Assembly (NCBI GenBank): GCA_029856435.1
Contig: JAHQXB010000163.1
Location: forward strand, 1 to 34,759
Reading direction: 5' to 3'
DNA length: 34,759 nucleotides
Source: Candidatus Jordarchaeia archaeon
GTDB taxonomy: Archaea > Asgardarchaeota > Jordiarchaeia > Jordiarchaeales > Jordiarchaeaceae
How positions within the stretch are numbered: the first letter of the stretch is position 1; every line of letters begins with the position of its first letter. The position numbers and the translations under genes were made by a program. The notes under the pieces are model-generated. The model did no database searches. It was not told the origin of the DNA and saw only the letters and a list, made by a program, of their open reading frames with translations. This document shows positions 9,735-17,505 of the stretch, piece by piece.

Positions 9735-9869
9735 GGCTTGCCAACTGTCTGGTTTTCCAGCTGAAAGCAGGTAGCAAAACCTCACGCTGGCAAGTTGGTG
9801 GTTACGAAGAGCAACAGCAAACTCGGCTTCACGTCCGCTAAAGGGGGGCGGGAGCTTCGGCGGGTTTAC
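9735..9869. other. Candidate structured RNA or non-autonomous IS200/IS605-like remnant
   Basis: Stem CTTGCCA(9737-9743)/TGGCAAG(9788-9794) encloses small hairpins (CTGG-TTTT-CCAG, CTG-AAAG-CAG, GGT-AGCAAA-ACC). It is followed by TCCGCT-AAAGGGG-GGCGGG and a cUUCGg loop. GC-rich island in an AT-rich spacer. Confidence 0.3.
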
Positions 9870-10256
9870 AGGCACATATAGGCTAGGTTGGCTTTATTTG
9901 GTGTGGTTGTGATTGCAAAATTTGGGCTCACTAAAAGCCTTTCAGAAGGGGGTGGCTGGAATTTTGGTCAGGGGATTTATTTTTGCGTTAGGCATAATCC
10001 AATGGGGCCTCGTCTTTAAGTGTGTGGCTTCCCTTTATGCATGATCTTTTGTTCCTCTCAAAAAAAGGAGGCTTTACATGGCTTCCTTCAATATAAGCCT
10101 TAAAAATGGTAAGACTGGCTAACCTTGCACACAATTCATGTCAACAAACTACATACTTACGGCAAGGTTCCTAATTCAATGGTAGAAACATTTTTTATTT
10201 TCATATGCTACTATTCAATCATAACTGGGGATGAATACAGATTCACGCAAGGAGGA

Positions 10257-10397
10257 ATGTGTTTTTTGTGGGAAGAACTGCCTATTTGTGAAAATTGTGG
10301 CAAGTTTATAGATGATTGTGATTGTAAATGTCCATACTGTGGTGAGGCTGCGGATTGCCACTGCTGTGTGGGAAGAGAAGCTACAACTGGCGGATGA
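10257..10397 (+). CDS. Small Cys-rich protein (46 aa, 10 Cys) ending in -TTGG
   Basis: MCFLWEELPICENCGKFIDDCDCKCPYCGEAADCHCCVGREATTGG, with GGAGG directly upstream. An alternative TTG start at 10266 gives better RBS spacing. Lies 44 bp upstream of OFOR alpha. Confidence 0.7.
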   Translation: MCFLWEELPICENCGKFIDDCDCKCPYCGEAADCHCCVGREATTGG

Positions 10398-10441
10398 GAT
10401 CTCAAACCAAATCAGATAGAATTCTTTGGTGATGACACGAA

Positions 10442-12379
10442 TTGTTGAGAGAAGATTTTGTATGGATGGCTGGCGGGCCTCAGGGCAGTGGTGTTGATTC
10501 GGGCACTAACATATTTGCCCGTGCTTGCTGCTATGGAGGGCTTCACGTATATGGAAAAAGAGAGTACCACTCCAACATTAAAGGACTGCACAGCTATTTC
10601 CAAGTCAGAGTTTCGCCTAAAGAAATTCAGGCGGATGTAGATCGTGTTGATTTACTTGCTGCATTCGATGCAGAAACCGTAGTGAGACACATATGGGAAG
10701 TTTCCCCAGGCGGGGGAATAATTGTCGATGCGGAAACGCTGGAAACCAAAATTGACGAAATCAAAACTTTAACCTCGGCTTTCAAAGCTGATTTTCAAAA
10801 AAATTTGGAAAGCAGGGGAGTTAGGGCGGAGACATTAGACGAACTGCTAAAAGCAGCCAAAAAAGAAAATAACATTAAGGTTTACGCCATACCCTATACC
10901 GATGTTCTAAGAGAGGTTGCTGAGGAGATTCACGAGGAGAAACTAAGCCGATTAACACGAATGATAAACGTATTAACCTTGGGAGTTTCCCTAGCCCTAG
11001 TTAACTATGAAAGGGAGCCCGTTGAAAGAGCCATCAAAACCATTTTCGGCGAAAAAAACAAAATTGTACAAATGAACATTGTAGCCTTCGACAAATCTTA
11101 CCGGTACGCTAGGAGAACCTTTGGGGATGACTTTGGCTATAAACTAGAAACGATTTCCACAGAGGAGAAAAGAATATTTCTGCAGGGAACGCAAGCTGTA
11201 GCCCTGGGAAAACTAGTTGGAGGCTGCAGATTCCAGTCCTACTACCCGATAACTCCCGCGGCCGACGAAAGCGAATACTTGGAAGAAAACGAGATACTAG
11301 AGTTAATAGGCGATAGGAATCCTGGCTCCATACTTGTTATGCAGACAGAGGATGAAATAGCAGCCATCAACATGGCCATTGGAGCGGCTCTGACTGGAGC
11401 TAGAGCAGCAACCAGCACCTCTGGCCCAGGTTTTTCATTAATGGTGGAAGGTTTGGGATGGGCGGGAAATAACGAGGTGCCAGTAGTGGTAAACTATTAT
11501 CAGCGTGGTGCACCGTCAACGGGTCTGCCTACCCGTCATGGACAGGCGGATCTTAGATTTGCGATGCATGCTTCTCATGGGGAGTTTCCCAGAATAGTTT
11601 TGTGCTCTGGCGACATCCAGGAGTGCTTCTATGATGCGGCGAGAGCCTTCAATTATGCTGAGCGTTACCAGATGCCTGTTATCCACCTAATTGATAAGGC
11701 CTTAGCTAACAGCAGTAAATCTTACAAAATGTTTGACATCAACCAGATTAGGATAGAACGCGGCCAACTGCTAGGCGAAAAGGATGTCGGGAACGAGGAG
11801 TATTTGAGATTTAAATTCACGGAGTCCGGATTGTCTCCCAGGGCTCCGCTGGGAACGTCCAACATTGTTTTCTGGAATTCGGGGGATGAACACGACCCAC
11901 TTGGACATATAAATGAGGAGTCCACTAATAGAACCTTGATGCTGGAAAAAAGGATGAAGAAACTGGAATTGGCAGACAGGGAGATTCCTTTGGAGGAAAG
12001 GGTTAACTTTTTTGGAGACGAGGAGGCTCCTAACACCGTTGTGAGTTGGGGTTCACCTAAGGGTGCAGTAATTGAAGCCTTGGAGAGAATACTTGGAGAA
12101 GGCTACAAAATGAACTTCATACAGGTGAGAATGCCCCTACCTCTCCCCAAAGACTACTTGGCTGAGAAACTGGAGAGGGCTGAGAAGAAAATTGTTGTTG
12201 AGGGTAACTATATGGCGCAATTAGCGGGAGTAATTCGGGAGCAAACTGGCATAGACATGGATTATTTCGTACTAAAGTGGAATGGCCGACCAATATCTTC
12301 AGACGAGGTTTATGATGCGTTTAAACTGATTATGGAGGAAAAGGCTCCAAGAAGGCAGGTGTTGAACCGTGGTTCTTAA
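10442..12379 (+). CDS. 2-oxoacid:ferredoxin oxidoreductase alpha subunit (gamma-alpha fusion, Sulfolobus/KorA type)
   Basis: [44 protein letters not shown] motifs. Confidence 0.92.
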   Translation: MLREDFVWMAGGPQGSGVDSGTNIFARACCYGGLHVYGKREYHSNIKGLHSYFQVRVSPKEIQADVDRVDLLAAFDAETVVRHIWEVSPGGGIIVDAETLETKIDEIKTLTSAFKADFQKNLESRGVRAETLDELLKAAKKENNIKVYAIPYTDVLREVAEEIHEEKLSRLTRMINVLTLGVSLALVNYEREPVERAIKTIFGEKNKIVQMNIVAFDKSYRYARRTFGDDFGYKLETISTEEKRIFLQGTQAVALGKLVGGCRFQSYYPITPAADESEYLEENEILELIGDRNPGSILVMQTEDEIAAINMAIGAALTGARAATSTSGPGFSLMVEGLGWAGNNEVPVVVNYYQRGAPSTGLPTRHGQADLRFAMHASHGEFPRIVLCSGDIQECFYDAARAFNYAERYQMPVIHLIDKALANSSKSYKMFDINQIRIERGQLLGEKDVGNEEYLRFKFTESGLSPRAPLGTSNIVFWNSGDEHDPLGHINEESTNRTLMLEKRMKKLELADREIPLEERVNFFGDEEAPNTVVSWGSPKGAVIEALERILGEGYKMNFIQVRMPLPLPKDYLAEKLERAEKKIVVEGNYMAQLAGVIREQTGIDMDYFVLKWNGRPISSDEVYDAFKLIMEEKAPRRQVLNRGS

Positions 12380-13337
12380 AGCAGCAGACTATAAAAGCAC
12401 ATACTTTGCAGATTGGTGTCCGGGATGCGGAAACTTTGGCATACTTTCAGCCATGCAAATGGCGCTTGCAGAACTGCAATTACCGCGCCACAAAACAGCC
12501 ATATTTACAGGAATAGGGTGCAGCGGTAAAATGGCCCAGTGCCTAAACATTAACGGGATCCATGTACTACACGGCAGAGCATTGCCCTACGCCATTGGAG
12601 CAAAACTAGCTAACCCTGAACTGGAAGTGATTGCAGAGGGCGGAGACGGAGACGGCCTCGGAATAGGAGTAGGACACTTCGTAAGCGCCGGCAGGAGAAA
12701 CATAGACATAACATACATTATCCATGACAATGGAGTCTATGGATTAACTAAAGGGCAGGCGTCCCCCACCCTTGAACTGGGACTACAAACCAAGTCTTTG
12801 CCCAAACCCAACATAAACGCAGCAATTAACGCGATAGCCATAGCTCTAGCAGCAGGCTACACGTTTATCGCCCGGGGATACGCTTACGATGTCCGACACC
12901 TAAAAGAAATGATAAAAAGAGGAATTCAGCATAGAGGACTGGCTCTAATAATTGTTCAACAGCCATGCCCCACATATAACAACATCAACACAAAGGAATG
13001 GTATGGAGGGGAAGACCGCATAGATCCCAAAACCGGAAAGCCCACACCCAGACTGTACAAGCTTGAAGAAACTGGCTACGATGGAGTAGTTCACAGTCCA
13101 GACGAGGCTTTTGAAAAGCAAATGGCGGCTTTAACCAAGGCTCAGGAGTGGGGCGACAAAATACCCATAGGAGTATTCTACCAGAACGAGTTTGAACCCA
13201 CCTACCAAGATAGAATAGTGAAAAGAATACCAAACTACCTGCAAAGCCCACCAGCCAAACAGCCCATCAGTGACCAACAAGGCAAACCAATCACAAACAT
13301 AACCGCCCTACTTGAGAAACTTAAAGTCACTGGTTAG
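12369..13337 (+). CDS. 2-oxoacid:ferredoxin oxidoreductase beta subunit
   Basis: [19 protein letters not shown]...[11 protein letters not shown] (TPP binding), PCPTYN. Overlaps the alpha stop. Confidence 0.92.
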   Translation: MVLKAADYKSTYFADWCPGCGNFGILSAMQMALAELQLPRHKTAIFTGIGCSGKMAQCLNINGIHVLHGRALPYAIGAKLANPELEVIAEGGDGDGLGIGVGHFVSAGRRNIDITYIIHDNGVYGLTKGQASPTLELGLQTKSLPKPNINAAINAIAIALAAGYTFIARGYAYDVRHLKEMIKRGIQHRGLALIIVQQPCPTYNNINTKEWYGGEDRIDPKTGKPTPRLYKLEETGYDGVVHSPDEAFEKQMAALTKAQEWGDKIPIGVFYQNEFEPTYQDRIVKRIPNYLQSPPAKQPISDQQGKPITNITALLEKLKVTG

Positions 13338-13505
13338 GACCCAAGGAAAGACAAAAAAGTTAGGGGGCTAGCTCAAAATGAAGGGAAATTTCTAGGCTCT
13401 CCAAATACATGTTATTGTCAGCCAATCTGGATAGAAGCTCCGAAATATTTTCATTTTTTATTTTTTGTTATTCCTTAATCCTCTAAGGTTTGCCCTTTTT
13501 ATGTG

Positions 13506-13820
13506 TTAGCTGGTTTTTATTTTTATTGCATTAACTGGGCATTGTTCTTCACAAGCCATACATTGGATGCAGTCCTCTTCTCTAGCGGGGTCAGATTTCT
13601 TTTCGGAAACTGGATGATTGGGTGCGTCTGCCCATTCAAAAACTGACACGGGGCATACGTCGATACAAACTCCGTCCCCTTCACAAATGTCCCAATCAAC
13701 TGCCACATTGGTTCCATGAATACCCAGTTTTTCTGGTGGCTCAACAGGTCCCCATACATTGTGATTTTGGTGTCTACCCACTATTCTGCGACTCTTTTCA
13801 AAATTAGTATCTATAGGCAA
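13506..13820 (-). CDS. zfx: Zinc-containing-type dicluster ferredoxin ([3Fe-4S][4Fe-4S])
   Basis: N-terminal His-rich extension ([23 protein letters not shown]), CEGDGVC..VCP (Asp replaces the second Cys), [15 protein letters not shown] start after GGAGGG. Confidence 0.85.
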   Translation of the reverse strand: MPIDTNFEKSRRIVGRHQNHNVWGPVEPPEKLGIHGTNVAVDWDICEGDGVCIDVCPVSVFEWADAPNHPVSEKKSDPAREEDCIQCMACEEQCPVNAIKIKTS

Positions 13821-13914
13821 AAATATCCCTCCTATGGATTTTAGAGAGAATTGCTATTAATATCTCTTCCCATTTTTTTTAAGGGAAGGCAAAAATTGGA
13901 GAACTGGATCTGGA

Positions 13915-13939
13915 TGCAAAATTCACGGTGAATTTTGTA
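13915..13939. promoter_or_regulatory. Perfect palindrome CAAAATTCAC-G-GTGAATTTTG (operator or terminator hairpin)
   Basis: 10-bp arms at 13917-13926 and 13928-13937, between the MBL-rhodanese stop and the ferredoxin promoter. Confidence 0.4.
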
Positions 13940-13968
13940 GAGGAGAAGAAATGAAGGGTATTTTTTGA

Positions 13969-15348
13969 CTATTGCTTTGTTTTCTCTATGGGATAGCCGG
14001 CCTCCTTCCAGGCCATTATTCCGCCTAGTACGCTTGTTACTTTTTCGTAACCATTCATTTTTAGTATGCTGGCTGCGATGCTGGTTTTATATCCCGAGTC
14101 GCAGTACACCACTACGTGTTTTTCTTTGGGCACTTCCCTTAATCGGTTTTTTAGGTCTCCTACCCAGATGTGGTGGGCGTTCTTCACGTGGCCTTCCTGC
14201 TCCCACTTGTTTTCGTCTCTTACATCGAGGATAAAAAGGGACTTGTCTTCAAGGTTCTTTTCAAATTCGTGAACAGACCAAGTATTTACCTTTTCGACTT
14301 GTTCGGCTTCCCTGTACCAAGCAGGAAATCCTCCGGCTAGGTAGCCTTGGAGGTTGTCGTAACCTAGGCGAATAAAGTATCTCACGGTTTGGTCAAGGGC
14401 AGCATTGCCATCAGTGATGATAATAATTGGGTCTTCATAGTTTAGCATCCAGCCTATGAAGAGTGGCAGGCCGCTTCGCCATATATTTATGCTTTTGGGC
14501 ACATGTCCCCCCGAGAAACCTGTGGGCATCCTCGTATCCACGATTTGGGCACCGTTTTCGCGGTGCTTTTTTAGTTCTGCTACATTTACTGCTTTAAGAG
14601 GGGGTAAGCGTTGTAGGAGGGGAGGACCCTCTTTGTTGTACTCTTCCATTTTTCTAAAGTATGGGGGTCTATCAAGCTTCTCCCTCATTTTGCGGGCAAC
14701 AAATGCCGCTTTATCTTTTAGTTGTAATGCCTTATTAGTTTTCTTTTCAAACCCTATTGTGGTGTATTCAAGGTCTCCAATCGCCCCTCCACAAACGGAG
14801 CCCTTTCCATGAGCTGAGCAAACAATGACTCCCTCACCCAATTTTAATAGTTTGCCAAAAAGGCTATCATATAAATTGCTTGCTAACCTTTCCTTTTCTT
14901 TTTCTCCATAGAGGTCTGTTCTTCCAACATCTCCCGCAAACAGGGTGTCACCAGTAAACACCATGTACACTTCGTTGGAGGATTCTCTATCCTTTAAGGT
15001 AATTGAGATGCTTTCATCAGTGTGCCCCGGTGTTTCAAGTACTTCCAATTCCAGCATACCTACCTCAAATTTGTCTCCTTCCTTTACTCCCCGCCCATAG
15101 GAGAAATCTAGTCTTGAGCCATGATGAATTTCTGCACCAGTCACGTTTGCCAGTTCCAATGAACCGACAACGTAGTCCTCGTTCCTGTGGGTTTCAAAAA
15201 TGTGAGTAATTCTTACTTCATACCTGTTTGAGAGATCAAGATAAACGTCTATGTCTCTTCTCGGATCAATGACTGCAGCCCGATTTCCAGAACCCACAAA
15301 ATAGGAGTTATGCGCTATTATTTCAGACTTCACCTTCTCAAATATCAA
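13969..15348 (-). CDS. Metallo-beta-lactamase-fold hydrolase with two C-terminal rhodanese domains
   Basis: AVIDP, THRNEDY, TPGHT, FTGDTLFAGDVGR, HGKGSVCG; rhodanese IVDTR...GHVP and ILDVR...YCDSGYKTS. TTG at 15348 after GGAGG. Confidence 0.85.
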   Translation of the reverse strand: MIFEKVKSEIIAHNSYFVGSGNRAAVIDPRRDIDVYLDLSNRYEVRITHIFETHRNEDYVVGSLELANVTGAEIHHGSRLDFSYGRGVKEGDKFEVGMLELEVLETPGHTDESISITLKDRESSNEVYMVFTGDTLFAGDVGRTDLYGEKEKERLASNLYDSLFGKLLKLGEGVIVCSAHGKGSVCGGAIGDLEYTTIGFEKKTNKALQLKDKAAFVARKMREKLDRPPYFRKMEEYNKEGPPLLQRLPPLKAVNVAELKKHRENGAQIVDTRMPTGFSGGHVPKSINIWRSGLPLFIGWMLNYEDPIIIITDGNAALDQTVRYFIRLGYDNLQGYLAGGFPAWYREAEQVEKVNTWSVHEFEKNLEDKSLFILDVRDENKWEQEGHVKNAHHIWVGDLKNRLREVPKEKHVVVYCDSGYKTSIAASILKMNGYEKVTSVLGGIMAWKEAGYPIEKTKQ

Positions 15349-15478
15349 TCCAAAAACCTCCACAAAAAATTATTCAAAACTTTTAACAAAACCACACACT
15401 ACACATTTCAAACCAATTTGAAATAAGAAAAAAATGGTTGAGTCCCACTCAAACATGGTAGAAATAGGGGTCTGAGAT

Positions 15479-16348
15479 TTAGCGTGGGTTTTTTCCCACC
15501 ACTGTTGGATTTTCGGGGTAGGCTGTCCACTCTGTGAATGAGCCTTCGTATATTTTTACTTTGGGGAATTCCAGGTAATATTTGAACAGGAGGAACTCAT
15601 TTGTTGCTTCTCTCCCTGTTCCGCAGGAACAGATTATGGTTTTGTCGGGCGTAACTTTGCTGGCGTCAAGTATGGCCTGAATCTCTTTATCGGGTTTAAG
15701 CAGTCTTTTGTTTTTGGCGTCCATAAAGTTTGCCCAAGGTAGGTTTATTGCCCCCGGTATGTGGCCAGGCTTAATCCAGGGTCCTTGGCCCTCGTAAACG
15801 GGTGCGGGGCGGGCGTCCAAAAGAATCACATCTTCCCGATCCTTTATTTTCTTGAATTCCTCATATTCGACGTAGAATTCTTTGCGGACTTGGACCTTGA
15901 AGTTGGATTCTTCTATTTTGGGAAATTCTTTGGTGAGTTTTTTGCCCTCCTCCTTCCACTTGTCAATGCCTCCGTCAAGAATGTAAACATTATTGTGTCC
16001 GAAGCGAATCAGGGTGTAGGCTACCATGGTCTGCTCTAAACCATCACCCCAACCCTTAACGGGCCCTACACCAGTATAAACGACCACTGGTACATCTGGC
16101 TTGAGGCCGTTTCTGCGGAAAAGTGCTTGGGCAACCTCTTTGGGAACGTATTTTCCAGGGATTCCCTTATAAGGGACGCGGAACAGTTTCTCGCTTATAT
16201 AAACTGCTCCGGGTATATGCTCCTGAATATAGTCGTGGATGTCGGGCTGAGTATCCAGTATCATCAAATTTTCCTCTAGGTGCTCCTCCAACCAGTCGGT
16301 TGAAACCCATTTCACTATACCCCTTCCATAAGGATATTTCTTAGCCAT
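15479..16348 (-). CDS. Thiosulfate/3-mercaptopyruvate sulfurtransferase (tandem rhodanese)
   Basis: VSTDWL, EHIPGA, LDGG..KW, LLDAR, GHIPGA, active-site [17 protein letters not shown]. Confidence 0.9.
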   Translation of the reverse strand: MAKKYPYGRGIVKWVSTDWLEEHLEENLMILDTQPDIHDYIQEHIPGAVYISEKLFRVPYKGIPGKYVPKEVAQALFRRNGLKPDVPVVVYTGVGPVKGWGDGLEQTMVAYTLIRFGHNNVYILDGGIDKWKEEGKKLTKEFPKIEESNFKVQVRKEFYVEYEEFKKIKDREDVILLDARPAPVYEGQGPWIKPGHIPGAINLPWANFMDAKNKRLLKPDKEIQAILDASKVTPDKTIICSCGTGREATNEFLLFKYYLEFPKVKIYEGSFTEWTAYPENPTVVGKNPR

Positions 16349-16558
16349 AAAAACAACGCCTCCTCAAAATCATAAATTAAAATTGACCTCCCAGTCTAAT
16401 TCAATTTAAATTATGAATATTATCTAATACTAGATATCCATTTTAACTTTGCCCTAAAATCCTCCACCCCACCCGAAGGCTCCACCAAAAAATAGAAAAT
16501 GGGTGGTGCAGGGATTTCGACCAAACTATAAACAGTAGATAATTGTGGAGAAAGCCTT

Positions 16559-17107
16559 CTAGAAGGATTTGAATTTTCCTTTGGGGGAGTTGTATATGGA
16601 GCACTTGTTTGGAGTTTCACCTTTGGGGGTGTAGCCACACACGGAGCACATGTTTATTGGTCCAAAACTGGCGTCTTTGCCCTAGTCTACAGATTTTTTG
16701 CCTTTTCATATAAATCAAGATGGGTGGGTCTTCTCAGCTACAAGAGCCTACTCAAAACTATTCGCTGCAGCCTTTTCGTCTTGAAGATTAGCTACAGCAA
16801 TGTAGGTGGGGTACATCTCGTTGACTTCGAAGGTTTCCCCATCAATTCCCGCTTGAAGATCCTCATAAGTGTTTGTGGTTCCAAAGATGGCTCCAGAAAT
16901 GGTAACGGCTTCCCCCCTGCTTTTTATAATGCGGTAGTGGTTGCCTGCATGAAACTTCTCGGCAAAAGATGTTGCCTGAAACAATCGGACAACGTTGGGA
17001 AACTTGTTCTTCTCTGCTCTCTCTGAATAAATTAAATATCTCATGTGAGCCTGGCCCTCTTCAGCATAAACACTTCTAAGATTAGTTTCAGTCATTTCCT
17101 TAGCCAT
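16559..17107 (-). pseudogene. rbr: Rubrerythrin pseudogene
   Basis: ETNL..EGQAHMRY, AEKFHA and E..EVNEMYP are followed by TAG (16748-16750) where Trp is expected, then ALVAEKTH. Further stops at ~16715, ~16706 and ~16682, a compensated frameshift (DLYEKAK), and a degraded rubredoxin tail CSVCGY...KCSIY...KFKSF*. Confidence 0.85.
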
Positions 17108-17153
17108 AAAATACGCCCTCCAATATTTTAAAAATTGATAGTATATCATATAG

Positions 17154-17237
17154 GGGAAGAAGTATATTCATTTCCTAATCATTTGTGGAAAATAAATCCC
17201 CACGGATTTAGGAAAACACTCTTTAAATCTTCTTCCC
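17154..17237. repeat. Long imperfect inverted repeat (~84 nt)
   Basis: Nested arms GGGAAGAAG(17154-17162)/CTTCTTCCC(17229-17237), TTTCCTAA(17171-17178)/TTAGGAAA(17208-17215) and GTGG/CCAC. Confidence 0.6.
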
Positions 17238-17505
17238 AGAATTAGTTTGGTTCGTGCATTTGAGGACCAAGGGGCCTTCAACGTCAAAAAAGCTGAATTT
17301 AAGTTTAACGCGTTGATAAAAAACTTGAAACAGCCCCCTTTTTCAGAAAAGGAGTCTTATAAAACCAGATCTATTCTCACTGGTCAAACGTGGGCAAGTT
17401 AGATTTTGGTTTCCAAGAGATTAAAAAAGTTTAAGAAGCAAGTTTTACAATGGTTTTCAAACAAGCTATTATAACGGGAAAATATTTTGTTGCGTGGTAG
17501 GTTTT

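Noticed and set aside
10395-10397. TGA ending the Cys-rich microprotein as selenocysteine
   Set aside because: Readthrough adds only ~19 unremarkable residues and no SECIS-like element was recognised. The terminal GG looks like a natural end.
13363-13376. tRNA-like 5' start GGGGGCTAGCTCAA
   Set aside because: No D-loop GG, anticodon arm or T-arm follows.
16500-16522. tRNA 3'-end-like stretch on the minus strand (GGTCGAAATCCCTGCACCACCCA)
   Set aside because: The T-loop is non-canonical and no 5' half is present, so it cannot be supported as a tRNA or att site.
16748-16750. TAG in rubrerythrin as a pyrrolysine/readthrough codon
   Set aside because: It sits at an expected Trp (TGG to TAG) and is followed by more stops, a frameshift and degraded motifs, which indicates a pseudogene.
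17248-17403. ~51-codon ORF upstream of the GRE as a BssB/BssC-like small subunit
   Set aside because: It contains no Cys and has no clear RBS, so it is probably non-coding.
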